Source: a virus (lineage: Duplodnaviria; Caudoviricetes). From it: 27,482 nt of DNA. The translations under genes were made by a program, and so were the position numbers. Each line of letters begins with the position of its first letter. Position 1 is the first letter of the stretch. The notes under the pieces were generated by a model, which was not told the DNA's origin, did no database searches, and saw only the letters and a list, made by a program, of their open reading frames with translations. Of this stretch, positions 1-9,074 are shown one piece after another. The DNA lies in the IMG/VR virus record IMGVR_UViG_3300027808_000130, positions 1 through 27,482 of that record. The stretch is one strand, 5' to 3'.

Positions 1-85
1 CTAATTTAGCATATGTTAATAAAACTTCTTCTCTCTCTAATGAAAGAACAGTTAATATTTTATTTAGTACTTGTTTTGCGTTCAT
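1..85 (-). CDS. N-terminus of a probable head scaffolding protein (truncated by window edge)
   Basis: ATG at 85 opens MNAKQVLNKILTVLSLEREEVLLTYAKL, open to the window edge; AATTGTTAAATA motif upstream. Scaffold role is inferred from recalled resemblance to Bacteroidota phage head genes. Confidence 0.5.
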   Translation of the reverse strand, partial: MNAKQVLNKILTVLSLEREEVLLTYAKL

Positions 86-101
86 ATTATTTGTATTTAG
101 T

Positions 102-113
102 TATTTAACAATT
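102..113 (-). promoter_or_regulatory. Putative late promoter motif AATTGTTAAATA
   Basis: Exact 12-mer also at 3826 and 21934, 11/12 match at 8278; always just upstream of a minus-strand ATG. Confidence 0.55.
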
Positions 114-137
114 ATATATAAAAATATAGTAATTTTT

Positions 138-3100
138 TTATCTTATTGGAATAAAGTTCCCACTTGCGGTAAATGTGTGTAATGTATAGTAAGAACCAGA
201 TATTAATCCAGTTTCTATTTGTCCACCTGTTGCTCTAGAAGTACCAGCGTAACTAATTTGTATTTTACCACTACCACCAGCACCGCCAAATTGACCAGGA
301 TTTCTACCTCCTCCACCACCACCGCCTCTATTAGCCGGCGCTGCTGAACCAGAATTTGGTGGGTTTGTTGTTCCACCGGCACCTCCAAATATAGTTACAT
401 TATTTCCAGAATTAGTTGGTCCACTCCAAGAGTTTCCTCCACCACAAACACCTATTGGAGTAAATGATAAATCATATTTACCTATTCCACCAATACCTGG
501 TGCTGTTGGACTCTGGCTTCCATTACTACCACTATTAGCAGCTCCTCCTCCTCCACCAGCTTCTGCAAAACTAGGGTCAGCTGAACCTCCACCAAATCCT
601 TGCGTTTGTGATGATGATACATAAAAATTGTAATTTATAAATCCAGGGAATGCAACACCTCCACCACCGGCGTTTGATGCACCACCACCCGAACCACCAT
701 CTACTCCAAATCCAGCACCACCACCTTTAGCAAATATTAAAACTTGTCCATTTGATGTATCAGTAATAAAAGAATTACTTCCAGAACGAGATGCTGTAAT
801 TTGATTTACAGCAGGTTGTCCAGCTCCTACAGTTACTGTGTATGTTCTACCAAGTTCATAGTAAGTGTATGGGTTATATGAATAACCACCGGCACCACCA
901 CCTCCACCTTCATCAGTACCACCAGAGCCGCCACCAGCAATTACTAATGTGTCAGTTCTCCAAATATAATTTTGTTCTTCAGGGTTTGGTTTTGGTTCGT
1001 ATGTATAATAGAATGAACCTGTATTTTTAATTAAATGCCAAGTCACACCATTTGAGAATGTTGTAATTGTTCCGTTAGGTACTGTTAGTTTAGTTGAGCC
1101 TGAATAAGCAATTATAACTGCTCCACCCATCCCATTACCACCTATCAAAGAAGATGATGCAAATGCACCACCACCTCCACCACCTAAAGCAGTTGCGTTA
1201 TTTCCATTTCCAGTTTGAGAACCAAATCCACCTGAACCAGTCCAAGTAAACGAAGCAGAATGAAAGAATATTGTTGGTGCTATTGAACCAGAACCATTAT
1301 AAGAACTTTGCCAAGCACCACCACCACCACCTAAGTTTAATCCACCACCTGCCGCTAGTGCACTATCTCCAGCTTGTCCACTTCCAGTTATTCCACCACC
1401 ACCACCAGCATTATCATTTGTAGCTCCTGCTCCTCCTGCTAATGATGATTTTTGTGCAATAATTGTATATACTCCATTTGGTGTATGTGTTAAACTAGCT
1501 GCACCGCTATCACCACCATTTTGATTGAAGTTAGGTCCGTTAGGATTTTCTTGAGCTCCTTCTCCACCTCCAGCTTCTAATGAACCAGTACCATTTGCAG
1601 GAAATGGACCTAACCATACTTTAACTAAAGTATTTGTTCCGTTTTGTGCAACCTTTGTTCCAGCATTAGAACCAGTACCAGCAGCTCCTACTGAAAGAAT
1701 ATCATAAGATACATTTGGAACTATTGGAAAATCATATTGTAAGAACCCACCAGCTCCACCTCCGCCACCAGCTACATCTCTACCACCACCAGGGTTTGTA
1801 GAGCCTCCACCAGCTCCACCTCCGCCACCTAATACGATGATAGAAACATCAAATGCAGGTATCTTATTGATAAATGCAGAAGCAGTTATGTTATATGAAG
1901 CTGTATAAGGCAATTCGGTATATGAAAATATACTACCAGAATCATTTCTTAAAGAAGATGTTCCAGCAGGAGTTATATCCAATGATGTAGTTGGGTATGT
2001 ATGAACTTGATATATTGGATATGTTCCACTTTCAGTTACTTCAGTCTCAAAATTAAATGCGTATTGTGTTTGTAATATACCTGATTTAGATGCAGTTAAA
2101 GGATATGCTAATAAATTTACATTTTGCTGAACTACAATTGGATTTACATTAATATCTTTAAAAATATTGAATTGTGTAGGTATAGTATATATTGAATAGC
2201 TATCATAGTTTGAACCTGTAGCTAAAAAATTAAGTTTTGAATTCCAAATATTACCTTTGTTGTTAATAATACTTGCTGTAATATTATAAGAAGATGAATT
2301 TGTTGTTGCTGCAAATGAAGAACTAAATATATAAACTCCAGCAGATGTTTCGTTAAAAAACCTAGATGAAGTTGAAAATCCTATTTCAGGTATAATCAAG
2401 CTCATTGTTACCGAGCCTGTTGTATTTGCTGATATACTAGCAGTTAAAGAAGATGTTATATTAAATGCATAATCATTACTAAATGTACCATTGTGTGATG
2501 CACTAGCGTAAGGATAAGCAATAACTGATACATTTCTATCTTTAACAATATTAAAAGATGATGAGTTACCATTTATAAAATTACCATCATTTTCTAAATC
2601 TTGCGAATCTGATTTAGCTATTTGATTCCAATTAATTGAAGCAGTAGATAAATTTCCTTTATTGAATATTACACTTGATGTTATTGAATAAGGAGAATTA
2701 CTCATTGCTACAAAAGAACCAGTAGCATAAGCTACAGTTGTATTTGGATTAAAAAATCTAGCCGTTTGAACTAGTCCAGCTTCTGGTATTTCAAATGACA
2801 TCGTTGTTGAACCTGTCACATTATTTACATTTGATGTAAATGATGCAGTTATGTTAAGTGCATAGTTGTTATTAAATGAACTAGATTGCGCACTACCAGT
2901 TACTTCTTGAATACTTGCTAAAGATTCATTTAAATTTTTTACTATACTAAATGATGCTGAATACCCATTTATTTGAGTAAAATCATTAATAGGAGATACA
3001 TTTTTTGTTCTCCAATTAATTATTGGGTTGTATATATTTCCTTTTGTATGAAATATTCTTCCATCAGTATAGAATCTAAAAAATTCAGATGCTGAAAAGC

Positions 3101-3509
3101 TATTTGTTATTTTACTACCTGTATAGCTTGGATTATTAAAAATATCCAATGCAGATGCACTTATAGCTGCAAAGTAATATTGATTTACTGATGCTGGGTC
3201 ATAAGTTATACCTGATGTAAGTAAACTCATTGTAGTTGAACCTGTTATAGGCCAATTACTACCAGTCATACTAGCAGTTACTGGAAACTGAGCATCAGTT
3301 GTAAAATCTCCACTATTATCATTAGATACCTGAATACAGTTTGAATTAGGTGCATTAATGCTCATTGTAGCAAATCCTAATTCACCTAAATCAGTACTAT
3401 CAGAAGCACTAGCGAATGATTGAAAAGTCCAATTAATAGGAGGTTTTACATCCTCATTCTTCTTCTCTTGTTGAAGTGGTGAGTTTATATTAAGGTTGTA
3501 ATTTAACAT
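138..3509 (-). CDS. Virion fibre/adhesin-like protein: tandem Ser/Thr/Asn-rich repeats plus two C-terminal glycine-rich domains
   Basis: 1123 aa ORF; repeated TGS(T/V)TMS, RFFN and KGN motifs; two Gly-rich units (IIVLGGGGG...GAVIIAY and LVIAGGGSGG...GSGKIQISY...HTFT). Confidence 0.7.
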   Translation of the reverse strand: MLNYNLNINSPLQQEKKNEDVKPPINWTFQSFASASDSTDLGELGFATMSINAPNSNCIQVSNDNSGDFTTDAQFPVTASMTGSNWPITGSTTMSLLTSGITYDPASVNQYYFAAISASALDIFNNPSYTGSKITNSFSASEFFRFYTDGRIFHTKGNIYNPIINWRTKNVSPINDFTQINGYSASFSIVKNLNESLASIQEVTGSAQSSSFNNNYALNITASFTSNVNNVTGSTTMSFEIPEAGLVQTARFFNPNTTVAYATGSFVAMSNSPYSITSSVIFNKGNLSTASINWNQIAKSDSQDLENDGNFINGNSSSFNIVKDRNVSVIAYPYASASHNGTFSNDYAFNITSSLTASISANTTGSVTMSLIIPEIGFSTSSRFFNETSAGVYIFSSSFAATTNSSSYNITASIINNKGNIWNSKLNFLATGSNYDSYSIYTIPTQFNIFKDINVNPIVVQQNVNLLAYPLTASKSGILQTQYAFNFETEVTESGTYPIYQVHTYPTTSLDITPAGTSSLRNDSGSIFSYTELPYTASYNITASAFINKIPAFDVSIIVLGGGGGAGGGSTNPGGGRDVAGGGGGAGGFLQYDFPIVPNVSYDILSVGAAGTGSNAGTKVAQNGTNTLVKVWLGPFPANGTGSLEAGGGEGAQENPNGPNFNQNGGDSGAASLTHTPNGVYTIIAQKSSLAGGAGATNDNAGGGGGITGSGQAGDSALAAGGGLNLGGGGGAWQSSYNGSGSIAPTIFFHSASFTWTGSGGFGSQTGNGNNATALGGGGGGAFASSSLIGGNGMGGAVIIAYSGSTKLTVPNGTITTFSNGVTWHLIKNTGSFYYTYEPKPNPEEQNYIWRTDTLVIAGGGSGGTDEGGGGGAGGYSYNPYTYYELGRTYTVTVGAGQPAVNQITASRSGSNSFITDTSNGQVLIFAKGGGAGFGVDGGSGGGASNAGGGGVAFPGFINYNFYVSSSQTQGFGGGSADPSFAEAGGGGGAANSGSNGSQSPTAPGIGGIGKYDLSFTPIGVCGGGNSWSGPTNSGNNVTIFGGAGGTTNPPNSGSAAPANRGGGGGGGRNPGQFGGAGGSGKIQISYAGTSRATGGQIETGLISGSYYTLHTFTASGNFIPIR

Positions 3510-3525
3510 TACTTAATTTTATTTA

Positions 3526-3807
3526 TTATCTTAAAGCCACTACATTGTTTGCAGTAGATGATGCACTAACAGCAGTAAATATACCAGGTAAAAATCCTGA
3601 TGCTGATACTAATGTTAAAACTGAACCATCCCATGTCTTAGCCACTAATGTACCAGTATTTCCAACATACAATCCTCCAGCTACAAATCCAAATTGAGGA
3701 TTGTTTGCTGATGCTGATGCAAATGCTGAGCCAGATATAAATGATACGGCTACACCACCTACGAATTGAGGATTAGTGATATACGAATTTTGAGTTTCTA
3801 ATTTCAT
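3526..3807 (-). CDS. Small virion-associated hypothetical protein
   Basis: 93 aa, beta-rich, GLYVGNTGTL motif; A-rich leader; within the fibre cluster. Confidence 0.65.
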   Translation of the reverse strand: MKLETQNSYITNPQFVGGVAVSFISGSAFASASANNPQFGFVAGGLYVGNTGTLVAKTWDGSVLTLVSASGFLPGIFTAVSASSTANNVVALR

Positions 3808-3825
3808 ATTATTTGTTTATTTTAT

Positions 3826-3837
3826 TATTTAACAATT
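3826..3837 (-). promoter_or_regulatory. Putative late promoter motif AATTGTTAAATA
   Basis: Exact repeat, 18 nt upstream of ATG 3807. Confidence 0.55.
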
Positions 3838-3870
3838 GTAAACTTAATTTTAGTGATTAAGGTCTGCATA

Positions 3871-4251
3871 TTAAGAATTTGTAATCTCTACCCAATTAAC
3901 TATTTCTTCATTCCATACAAAGAATTTACCTTCTTCATTTGGAACTTCTATTGGTGCTTTCCAATCACATATTTCTTCATTAAAAAGAAAAGATGGGAAA
4001 GGCTGAGGAGGAATAAAAGCATCTTTGCTTTCATCGTATGTATATCCTAATCCAGCATAATTTATTCTGAATGGAGTACCGCCTAATTTGTGTACTCCGT
4101 GGAAAGTATTATATGAAGTTCTTTTAGCTCCATAATATACTTCCCAATTATAAGGATTTCCGTTTTCATCAAGTACTATTTCATCTTCGTCTTTTCCAAC
4201 GAACATATCTACTACTATGTTATTTTCATCTAATACTGCGTAATGTGCCAT
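3871..4251 (-). CDS. Phage protein of MAH(Y/F)A type, possible fibre assembly partner
   Basis: 126 aa; MAHYA...RTSYN...PFRINYAGLGYTYD...DAFIPPQPFPS...W.AP pattern, which I recall beside Gly-rich-domain genes in aquatic phages. Confidence 0.65.
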   Translation of the reverse strand: MAHYAVLDENNIVVDMFVGKDEDEIVLDENGNPYNWEVYYGAKRTSYNTFHGVHKLGGTPFRINYAGLGYTYDESKDAFIPPQPFPSFLFNEEICDWKAPIEVPNEEGKFFVWNEEIVNWVEITNS

Positions 4252-4271
4252 ATATTATTTATTTTTATTTA

Positions 4272-7200
4272 TTAACTAAATGTTATTGTATCACTTGTTC
4301 CTGCTGCAGTGATTGTATAAACAGTTCTTCCACCAACAACTGCATTTGTTTGAGTTACTCCTCCACTAAATGCTGCAGTTGTGCCCGAAGGTACTGATAT
4401 AATTAATATACCACTACCACCTGTACCTGCTGTTCCTAATGTTACAGCTTCACCACCACCACCAGCTCCTGTGTTAGTTCCTCCATTACCACCATTACCT
4501 GCCGTAGTACCATTACCACCAGTATTTTTAGCACTACCGCCACCAGCACCTGCAGCAGTTCCAGCAGAAACACCGCCTCCGCCACCACCACCAATACCGC
4601 CGGCTCCACCAGTAACAGTACCATTTTGGCCACCTCCTCCACCACCAGCTGCCCAGTAGTAGTTATTTCCATCAATGTTATGTAATATACCAGCTCCACC
4701 AGCTCCTGATACCGAACCAACTTTAGTTCCACCTACTGCACCTGCTCCACCACCACCTCCTGAAAAGTAAGGTGCTGGTGCAACTGTTGCATGGTTTCCA
4801 CCAGCAAATCCTTCATTTGCAGTTCCAGCTCCTCCTGTTGCACCAGATGCATCAGTTGTTGAACCTCCTCCACCACCGGAGCCTCCAGCTCTACCTGCTT
4901 TATTTGTAGTGAAACCTCCACCACCACCACCTCCAGTAGATACAATATAAATTCCACTACCTGTAATGTATGAAGTTCCACCATCACCACCTTGAGCTGA
5001 TGTTCCAGTTCCAGCTGATGCTCCAGCAGCACCTACTTTAATATTATATGCTACGCCTGTATTAGGAGTCCATGCAGCTTCTGCAGCTCCACCACCACCT
5101 GAACCGGTAATGTTTGAGCGGAATCCACCACCACCTCCGCCACCAGCTCCACCGCCTCCTCCGCCTCCAGCTGCTACTAAATAGAATACTGAAATTGAAA
5201 CTGAAGGAGGAGGTGCAGTTTGTGCAAAATTTGTTGTATTTGTAATTAATACTTTATTTGTATCAAAGGTAAATAATTCTAAAAGGTCTAATGAACCAAT
5301 TGTTGGAGTAGGTACATATTGTGAACCTGATTTCTGATATACATTTGAACTAAATCCTATTGAAGAACTTGTAGCCAATGTTGTTACTAATATTTGTGAA
5401 CTTTGTCCACCTAAAGATGCTGTTATATTAAAATGTGTATTACCTGTACTTACGCCTGCTGTAAAGAAATTACTCTTTCTTAAATCAATTGAAGATGTTG
5501 TAGATGATATAGAAGATGATATTACTACATTTCTAATACTACCTGTCACAATTAATGAACCAGTTATTTCAGCTGAGCCACTAAAAGGGAAACCAGCTCC
5601 ACTTACACCAGATGTTCCTGATGTACCATTTGAACCTAATCCAGAAGTTCCACTAGTACCGGAAGTACCACTACTTCCAGCTACTCCGTTTATTCCAGAA
5701 GTACCTGATGTACCTGAAGTACCACTTGTGCCAGATGTTCCTGAACTTCCTGCTACTCCGTTGATTCCAGAAGTACCCGATGTTCCTGAAGTACCACTAC
5801 TTCCTGTTACCCCGTTAATTCCAGAAGTACCAGATGTTCCTGAAGTACCTGATGTGCCACTACTACCATCACCACCATTTATTCCTGATGTACCACTAGT
5901 CCCAGAAGAACCTGATGTTCCACTAGTCCCACTACTACCTGAGCTTCCTCCACTACCAGCAGTTCCGTTAGTCCCAGAAGTTCCGGATGTACCTGAAGTA
6001 CCGCTACTTCCGCTTGAACCAGAACTACCACTAGTCCCACTTGTTCCAGATGTACCGCTACTACCTGATGACCCACTTACTCCACTAGTACCAGAAGTTC
6101 CTGATGAGCCTGAGCTACCACTAACTCCGCTTGTTCCGCTTGTACCACTAGTTCCGTCACTTCCACTTACACCAGATGTACCTGATGTTCCTGAAGTACC
6201 GCTTGAACCAGAACTACCACTCACTCCACTAGTCCCACTCGTACCGGAAGTTCCTGATGTACCACTACTTCCAGCAGTACCTGTTGTACCATTAGTACCA
6301 GAAGTACCTGATGTACCTGATGAACCATCTCCTCCACTAGCTCCATCTAAGTTTACAGTCCATGCTGAATATGTACCACTACCAACAGTTCTAGTTGGTG
6401 CTGCGAATTGTAATGCACCTGTTCCACTATTATAAGTTATTACCTCACACTCTTGAAAGTTTGAAGTATCAAAAACTACTATTATTGATTGAGCTGGAGA
6501 ATATGCTAATGCAGTTGCTACTGTTATTGTTCCTGCATTACCTAAAGTAAATGAACTTACGGATGTTGTACGATATAAATCACCACTAACACCACTTGTA
6601 CCAGATGTACCTGAAGTTCCACTAGTCCCACTGCTTCCACCACTACCTGCCGTACCATTAGTACCGCTTGTTCCGCTTGAACCAGATGTACCTGAAGTAC
6701 CTGATGTACCACTCGTTCCACTGCTACCTGAGCTACCTCCACTTCCTGCAGTACCATCAGTTCCGCTTGTACCAGAAGTGCCTGAAGAACCTGATGTTCC
6801 ACTAGTCCCACTGCTACCGCTTGTTCCACTACTGCCTGAGCTTCCTCCACTTCCTGCAGTTCCGTTTGTTCCTGAAGTGCCTGATGTACCACTACTTCCG
6901 CTTGTGCCACTTGTACCAGACGAACCTGTTGCTCCAGATGAGCCTGTTGCTCCTGAAGTACCAGATGTGCCTGAAGAGCCTCCACTACCAGCCGTACCAT
7001 TTGTACCACTAGTCCCACTTGAGCCGCTTGTACCACTGCTTCCTGAAGAACCTGATGTACCAGAAGTTCCTGATGTTCCACTACTACCTCCGCTACCAGC
7101 AGTTCCGTTTGTGCCTGATGTTCCGCTTGTGCCAGAAGTACCTGAGCTACCTCCACTTCCTGCTGTACCATTTATTCCAGATGTGCCTGAAGTACCTGAT

Positions 7201-7817
7201 GTGCCACTTGTTCCAGAAGTTCCAGATGAACCACCACTACCAGCAGTACCACGAGTTCCTGATGTGCCACTTGTACCTGAAGTACCAGACGTACCAGCAG
7301 TACCCGATGTTCCTATTGCTATGAATGAAGATGTTGCTACTAAATTATTAACATTACCTACTCCACCTATCCATGCATATCCTTGTCTTAATGATGCTGT
7401 AAAAGCTCCACTTGCTGATATGTTTCCGTTTATTGTTTGATTACCTACGAATATATTTGAACCTGTTGTAGCTAATGTTGATGAATTTACTGTTACAGTT
7501 GCTATTGAAGATGCTACACCTACCGTTATAATAGGTCCTACAAAGTTCATTGTTGTAGCTGAACCTTGCGATACACCTTCCTCTTGTATTATTATACCAC
7601 TACCAGATAATACCAATGCGTTTACCTGATTTTGTACTGATGCTACACTACCTGATAAAGAAGCTGAATCAGTATTATATTGTCCTTCATCAACTAAAGA
7701 ATCAATCATATCAGTATTGAATCCTCTTAATAGTAATGGAGTAATTGCGCCCGTATTGTTATTGGGGAAGCTACTTTGATTTTCTGCTTCTAGCTGTGTT
7801 TTATTTAATTGAGACAT
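4272..7817 (-). CDS. Collagen-like (Gly-Thr/Ser-Ser) tail fibre protein with C-terminal glycine-rich domain
   Basis: Long G-X-Y runs in two blocks, then a VFYLVAAGGGGG...GGSGILII domain. Start placed at ATG 7817 (MSQLNK) because the 7853 start overlaps the upstream gene. Confidence 0.75.
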   Translation of the reverse strand: MSQLNKTQLEAENQSSFPNNNTGAITPLLLRGFNTDMIDSLVDEGQYNTDSASLSGSVASVQNQVNALVLSGSGIIIQEEGVSQGSATTMNFVGPIITVGVASSIATVTVNSSTLATTGSNIFVGNQTINGNISASGAFTASLRQGYAWIGGVGNVNNLVATSSFIAIGTSGTAGTSGTSGTSGTSGTRGTAGSGGSSGTSGTSGTSGTSGTSGINGTAGSGGSSGTSGTSGTSGTNGTAGSGGSSGTSGTSGTSGSSGSSGTSGSSGTSGTNGTAGSGGSSGTSGTSGATGSSGATGSSGTSGTSGSSGTSGTSGTNGTAGSGGSSGSSGTSGSSGTSGTSGSSGTSGTSGTDGTAGSGGSSGSSGTSGTSGTSGTSGSSGTSGTNGTAGSGGSSGTSGTSGTSGTSGVSGDLYRTTSVSSFTLGNAGTITVATALAYSPAQSIIVVFDTSNFQECEVITYNSGTGALQFAAPTRTVGSGTYSAWTVNLDGASGGDGSSGTSGTSGTNGTTGTAGSSGTSGTSGTSGTSGVSGSSGSSGTSGTSGTSGVSGSDGTSGTSGTSGVSGSSGSSGTSGTSGVSGSSGSSGTSGTSGTSGSSGSSGSSGTSGTSGTSGTNGTAGSGGSSGSSGTSGTSGSSGTSGTSGINGGDGSSGTSGTSGTSGTSGINGVTGSSGTSGTSGTSGINGVAGSSGTSGTSGTSGTSGTSGINGVAGSSGTSGTSGTSGLGSNGTSGTSGVSGAGFPFSGSAEITGSLIVTGSIRNVVISSSISSTTSSIDLRKSNFFTAGVSTGNTHFNITASLGGQSSQILVTTLATSSSIGFSSNVYQKSGSQYVPTPTIGSLDLLELFTFDTNKVLITNTTNFAQTAPPPSVSISVFYLVAAGGGGGGGAGGGGGGGFRSNITGSGGGGAAEAAWTPNTGVAYNIKVGAAGASAGTGTSAQGGDGGTSYITGSGIYIVSTGGGGGGGFTTNKAGRAGGSGGGGGSTTDASGATGGAGTANEGFAGGNHATVAPAPYFSGGGGGAGAVGGTKVGSVSGAGGAGILHNIDGNNYYWAAGGGGGGQNGTVTGGAGGIGGGGGGGVSAGTAAGAGGGSAKNTGGNGTTAGNGGNGGTNTGAGGGGEAVTLGTAGTGGSGILIISVPSGTTAAFSGGVTQTNAVVGGRTVYTITAAGTSDTITFS
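5595..6345 (-). repeat. Coding G-X-Y repeat block 2 (GTS/GSS/GVS/GIN)
   Basis: Degenerate 9-bp periodic repeats; boundaries approximate. Confidence 0.85.
6582..7315 (-). repeat. Coding G-X-Y repeat block 1 with recurring GT(N/D/R)GTAGSGGSS unit
   Basis: Degenerate 9-bp periodic repeats; boundaries approximate. Confidence 0.85.
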
Positions 7818-7833
7818 TATTCTATCTTTTTTA

Positions 7834-8082
7834 TTATATATTTCCGATATCAAATCCAGATGAGAACCCAGAGCTAAATGCTCCTCTTTGTACTTTTGCT
7901 GATTGAGTAGGACCTATTGTTTGTCCTATAAGTGCTCCATTACAACAATCCATACTATAAGTGTCCGAATCAGCACATAAACAAGCTCTACGCTTATTGT
8001 GTGGTACTGCTCTTCCTCTAGTCTCTCCGAAGTAAACACCACTATTAGCTCTCTGATTTGCATTATAAGAAGGATTACCCAT
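7834..8082 (-). CDS. Small Cys-rich protein (CLC-x4-TYS-x2-CC)
   Basis: 82 aa ORF, RRACLCADSDTYSMDCC, with C-terminal AFSSGFSSGF. Confidence 0.7.
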   Translation of the reverse strand: MGNPSYNANQRANSGVYFGETRGRAVPHNKRRACLCADSDTYSMDCCNGALIGQTIGPTQSAKVQRGAFSSGFSSGFDIGNI

Positions 8083-8083
8083 A

Positions 8084-8263
8084 CTACGTTGTTTTATAAA
8101 TTAATCCTATTCCTTGTGCCATCATACTTTTATCACAGCATTTAATAGAGTAAGTGTTCTTATTTCTACAAAGACATCCAACCCTACTATCTTTTCTTGG
8201 TGAACTAAACGAAGGTATTGGTTTATCAATATGGTTTGGGACCTGTACTGTTTTTAACTTCAT
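8084..8263 (-). CDS. Small Cys-rich protein, paralogue of 7834..8082 (not in ORF track)
   Basis: 59 aa MKLKTVQVPNHIDKPIPSFSSPRKDSRVGCLCRNKNTYSIKCCDKSMMAQGIGLIYKTT; its stop lies 1 nt before the next ATG. Confidence 0.75.
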   Translation of the reverse strand: MKLKTVQVPNHIDKPIPSFSSPRKDSRVGCLCRNKNTYSIKCCDKSMMAQGIGLIYKTT

Positions 8264-8277
8264 CTGATTTGTTTATT

Positions 8278-8289
8278 GATTTAACAATT
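8278..8289 (-). promoter_or_regulatory. Putative late promoter motif AATTGTTAAATC
   Basis: 11/12 match to the repeated motif, 14 nt upstream of ATG 8263. Confidence 0.5.
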
Positions 8290-8310
8290 ATCCTAACAAA
8301 AGTAATATAC

Positions 8311-8581
8311 CTATCTGATTTTCTTCATAGCATCTTTGTGCATCAAATCTTCTAACTCTACTTTATCTGATTGATAGGCTAACCATAACAAACATTTTTC
8401 TAATGGTTCTTTTACTACTTCATCCATCTTATCTATATTATTACCTGAGAGTTGGATAAGTGAGCTATAGCTTTTCCATTTGCGTCCAAAATTGATTTGA
8501 TGTTGATTGGTAGCTCCTCCATCTTCAAAGAGCTCAGGGTACAACTCAACAAGTCTTTTAGTAAACTTATTAAAAAAAAAA
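8311..8581 (-). CDS. -1 frameshift extension of the 213 aa gene (fusion about 254 aa)
   Basis: The -1 frame is open from the T10 run: FNKFTKRLVELYPELFEDG...KKIR. The track's own start is only a TTG inside the upstream gene. Confidence 0.65.
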
Positions 8582-9074
8582 GTGTACCAAAATGCACATC
8601 CATATTTACGTTGAGGAATTTATCCCCATCTATTATACCATCATATGCTTTAATACTGTATAGAGTTTTATTCTTCCTCACAACAGGTCTATATAGAATA
8701 CTCATTATATCTCCCCACTTATCATCTATACCTATGTTATCGTATTTAGATATATCCACATAAGCACCATAAGCTATCTTACTTAAATCAGGTTCAAATC
8801 CATATTCAATTCCATCTATACTGATAAATCTTTGTAACGGCTGTTCTGTTTTACCTAAGAATCCTAACAAGTCATCTTTAATAGCTGAATAGGTCTCAAC
8901 ATCTAATCCTTTCAAATAATCTACTGGGAAGTGGCATAGGTGGTGAAACATACAAGCTACTACTGCTTCAGGTTCATCTTTATACGTTTCCATATCCTTA
9001 CGAAGTGCTAAGTAATCTTTAAGGGATACTGCACTCCATTCTTTAGGTACTTTGATTTCTATTTCTTTATTCAT
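8433..9074 (-). CDS. Probable tail assembly chaperone-like protein (0-frame product)
   Basis: 213 aa; YGFEPDL...YGAYVDI...IMSILYRP; contains CTT TTT TTT TTA and an overlapping -1 ORF, as in lambda G/GT. Confidence 0.55.
   Translation of the reverse strand: MNKEIEIKVPKEWSAVSLKDYLALRKDMETYKDEPEAVVACMFHHLCHFPVDYLKGLDVETYSAIKDDLLGFLGKTEQPLQRFISIDGIEYGFEPDLSKIAYGAYVDISKYDNIGIDDKWGDIMSILYRPVVRKNKTLYSIKAYDGIIDGDKFLNVNMDVHFGTLFFLISLLKDLLSCTLSSLKMEELPINIKSILDANGKAIAHLSNSQVII
8572..8581 (-). other. Slippery site (10 T) for -1 recoding
   Basis: A10 on the plus strand; contains the X XXY YYZ-type heptamer T TTT TTT/A. Confidence 0.65.

Noticed and set aside
5595-7315. Repeats as a CRISPR array or non-coding VNTR
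   Set aside because: There is no constant repeat with unique spacers; variation is synonymous within an ORF.
4381-7440. Pro/Val/Leu-rich plus-strand ORFs and Val/Gln-rich alternate-frame ORFs
   Set aside because: They are shadows of the Gly/Ser/Thr repeat codons of the fibre gene.
7818-7853. Track start at 7853 for the collagen-like gene
   Set aside because: It overlaps the upstream gene; ATG 7817 has the A-rich leader typical of this genome.
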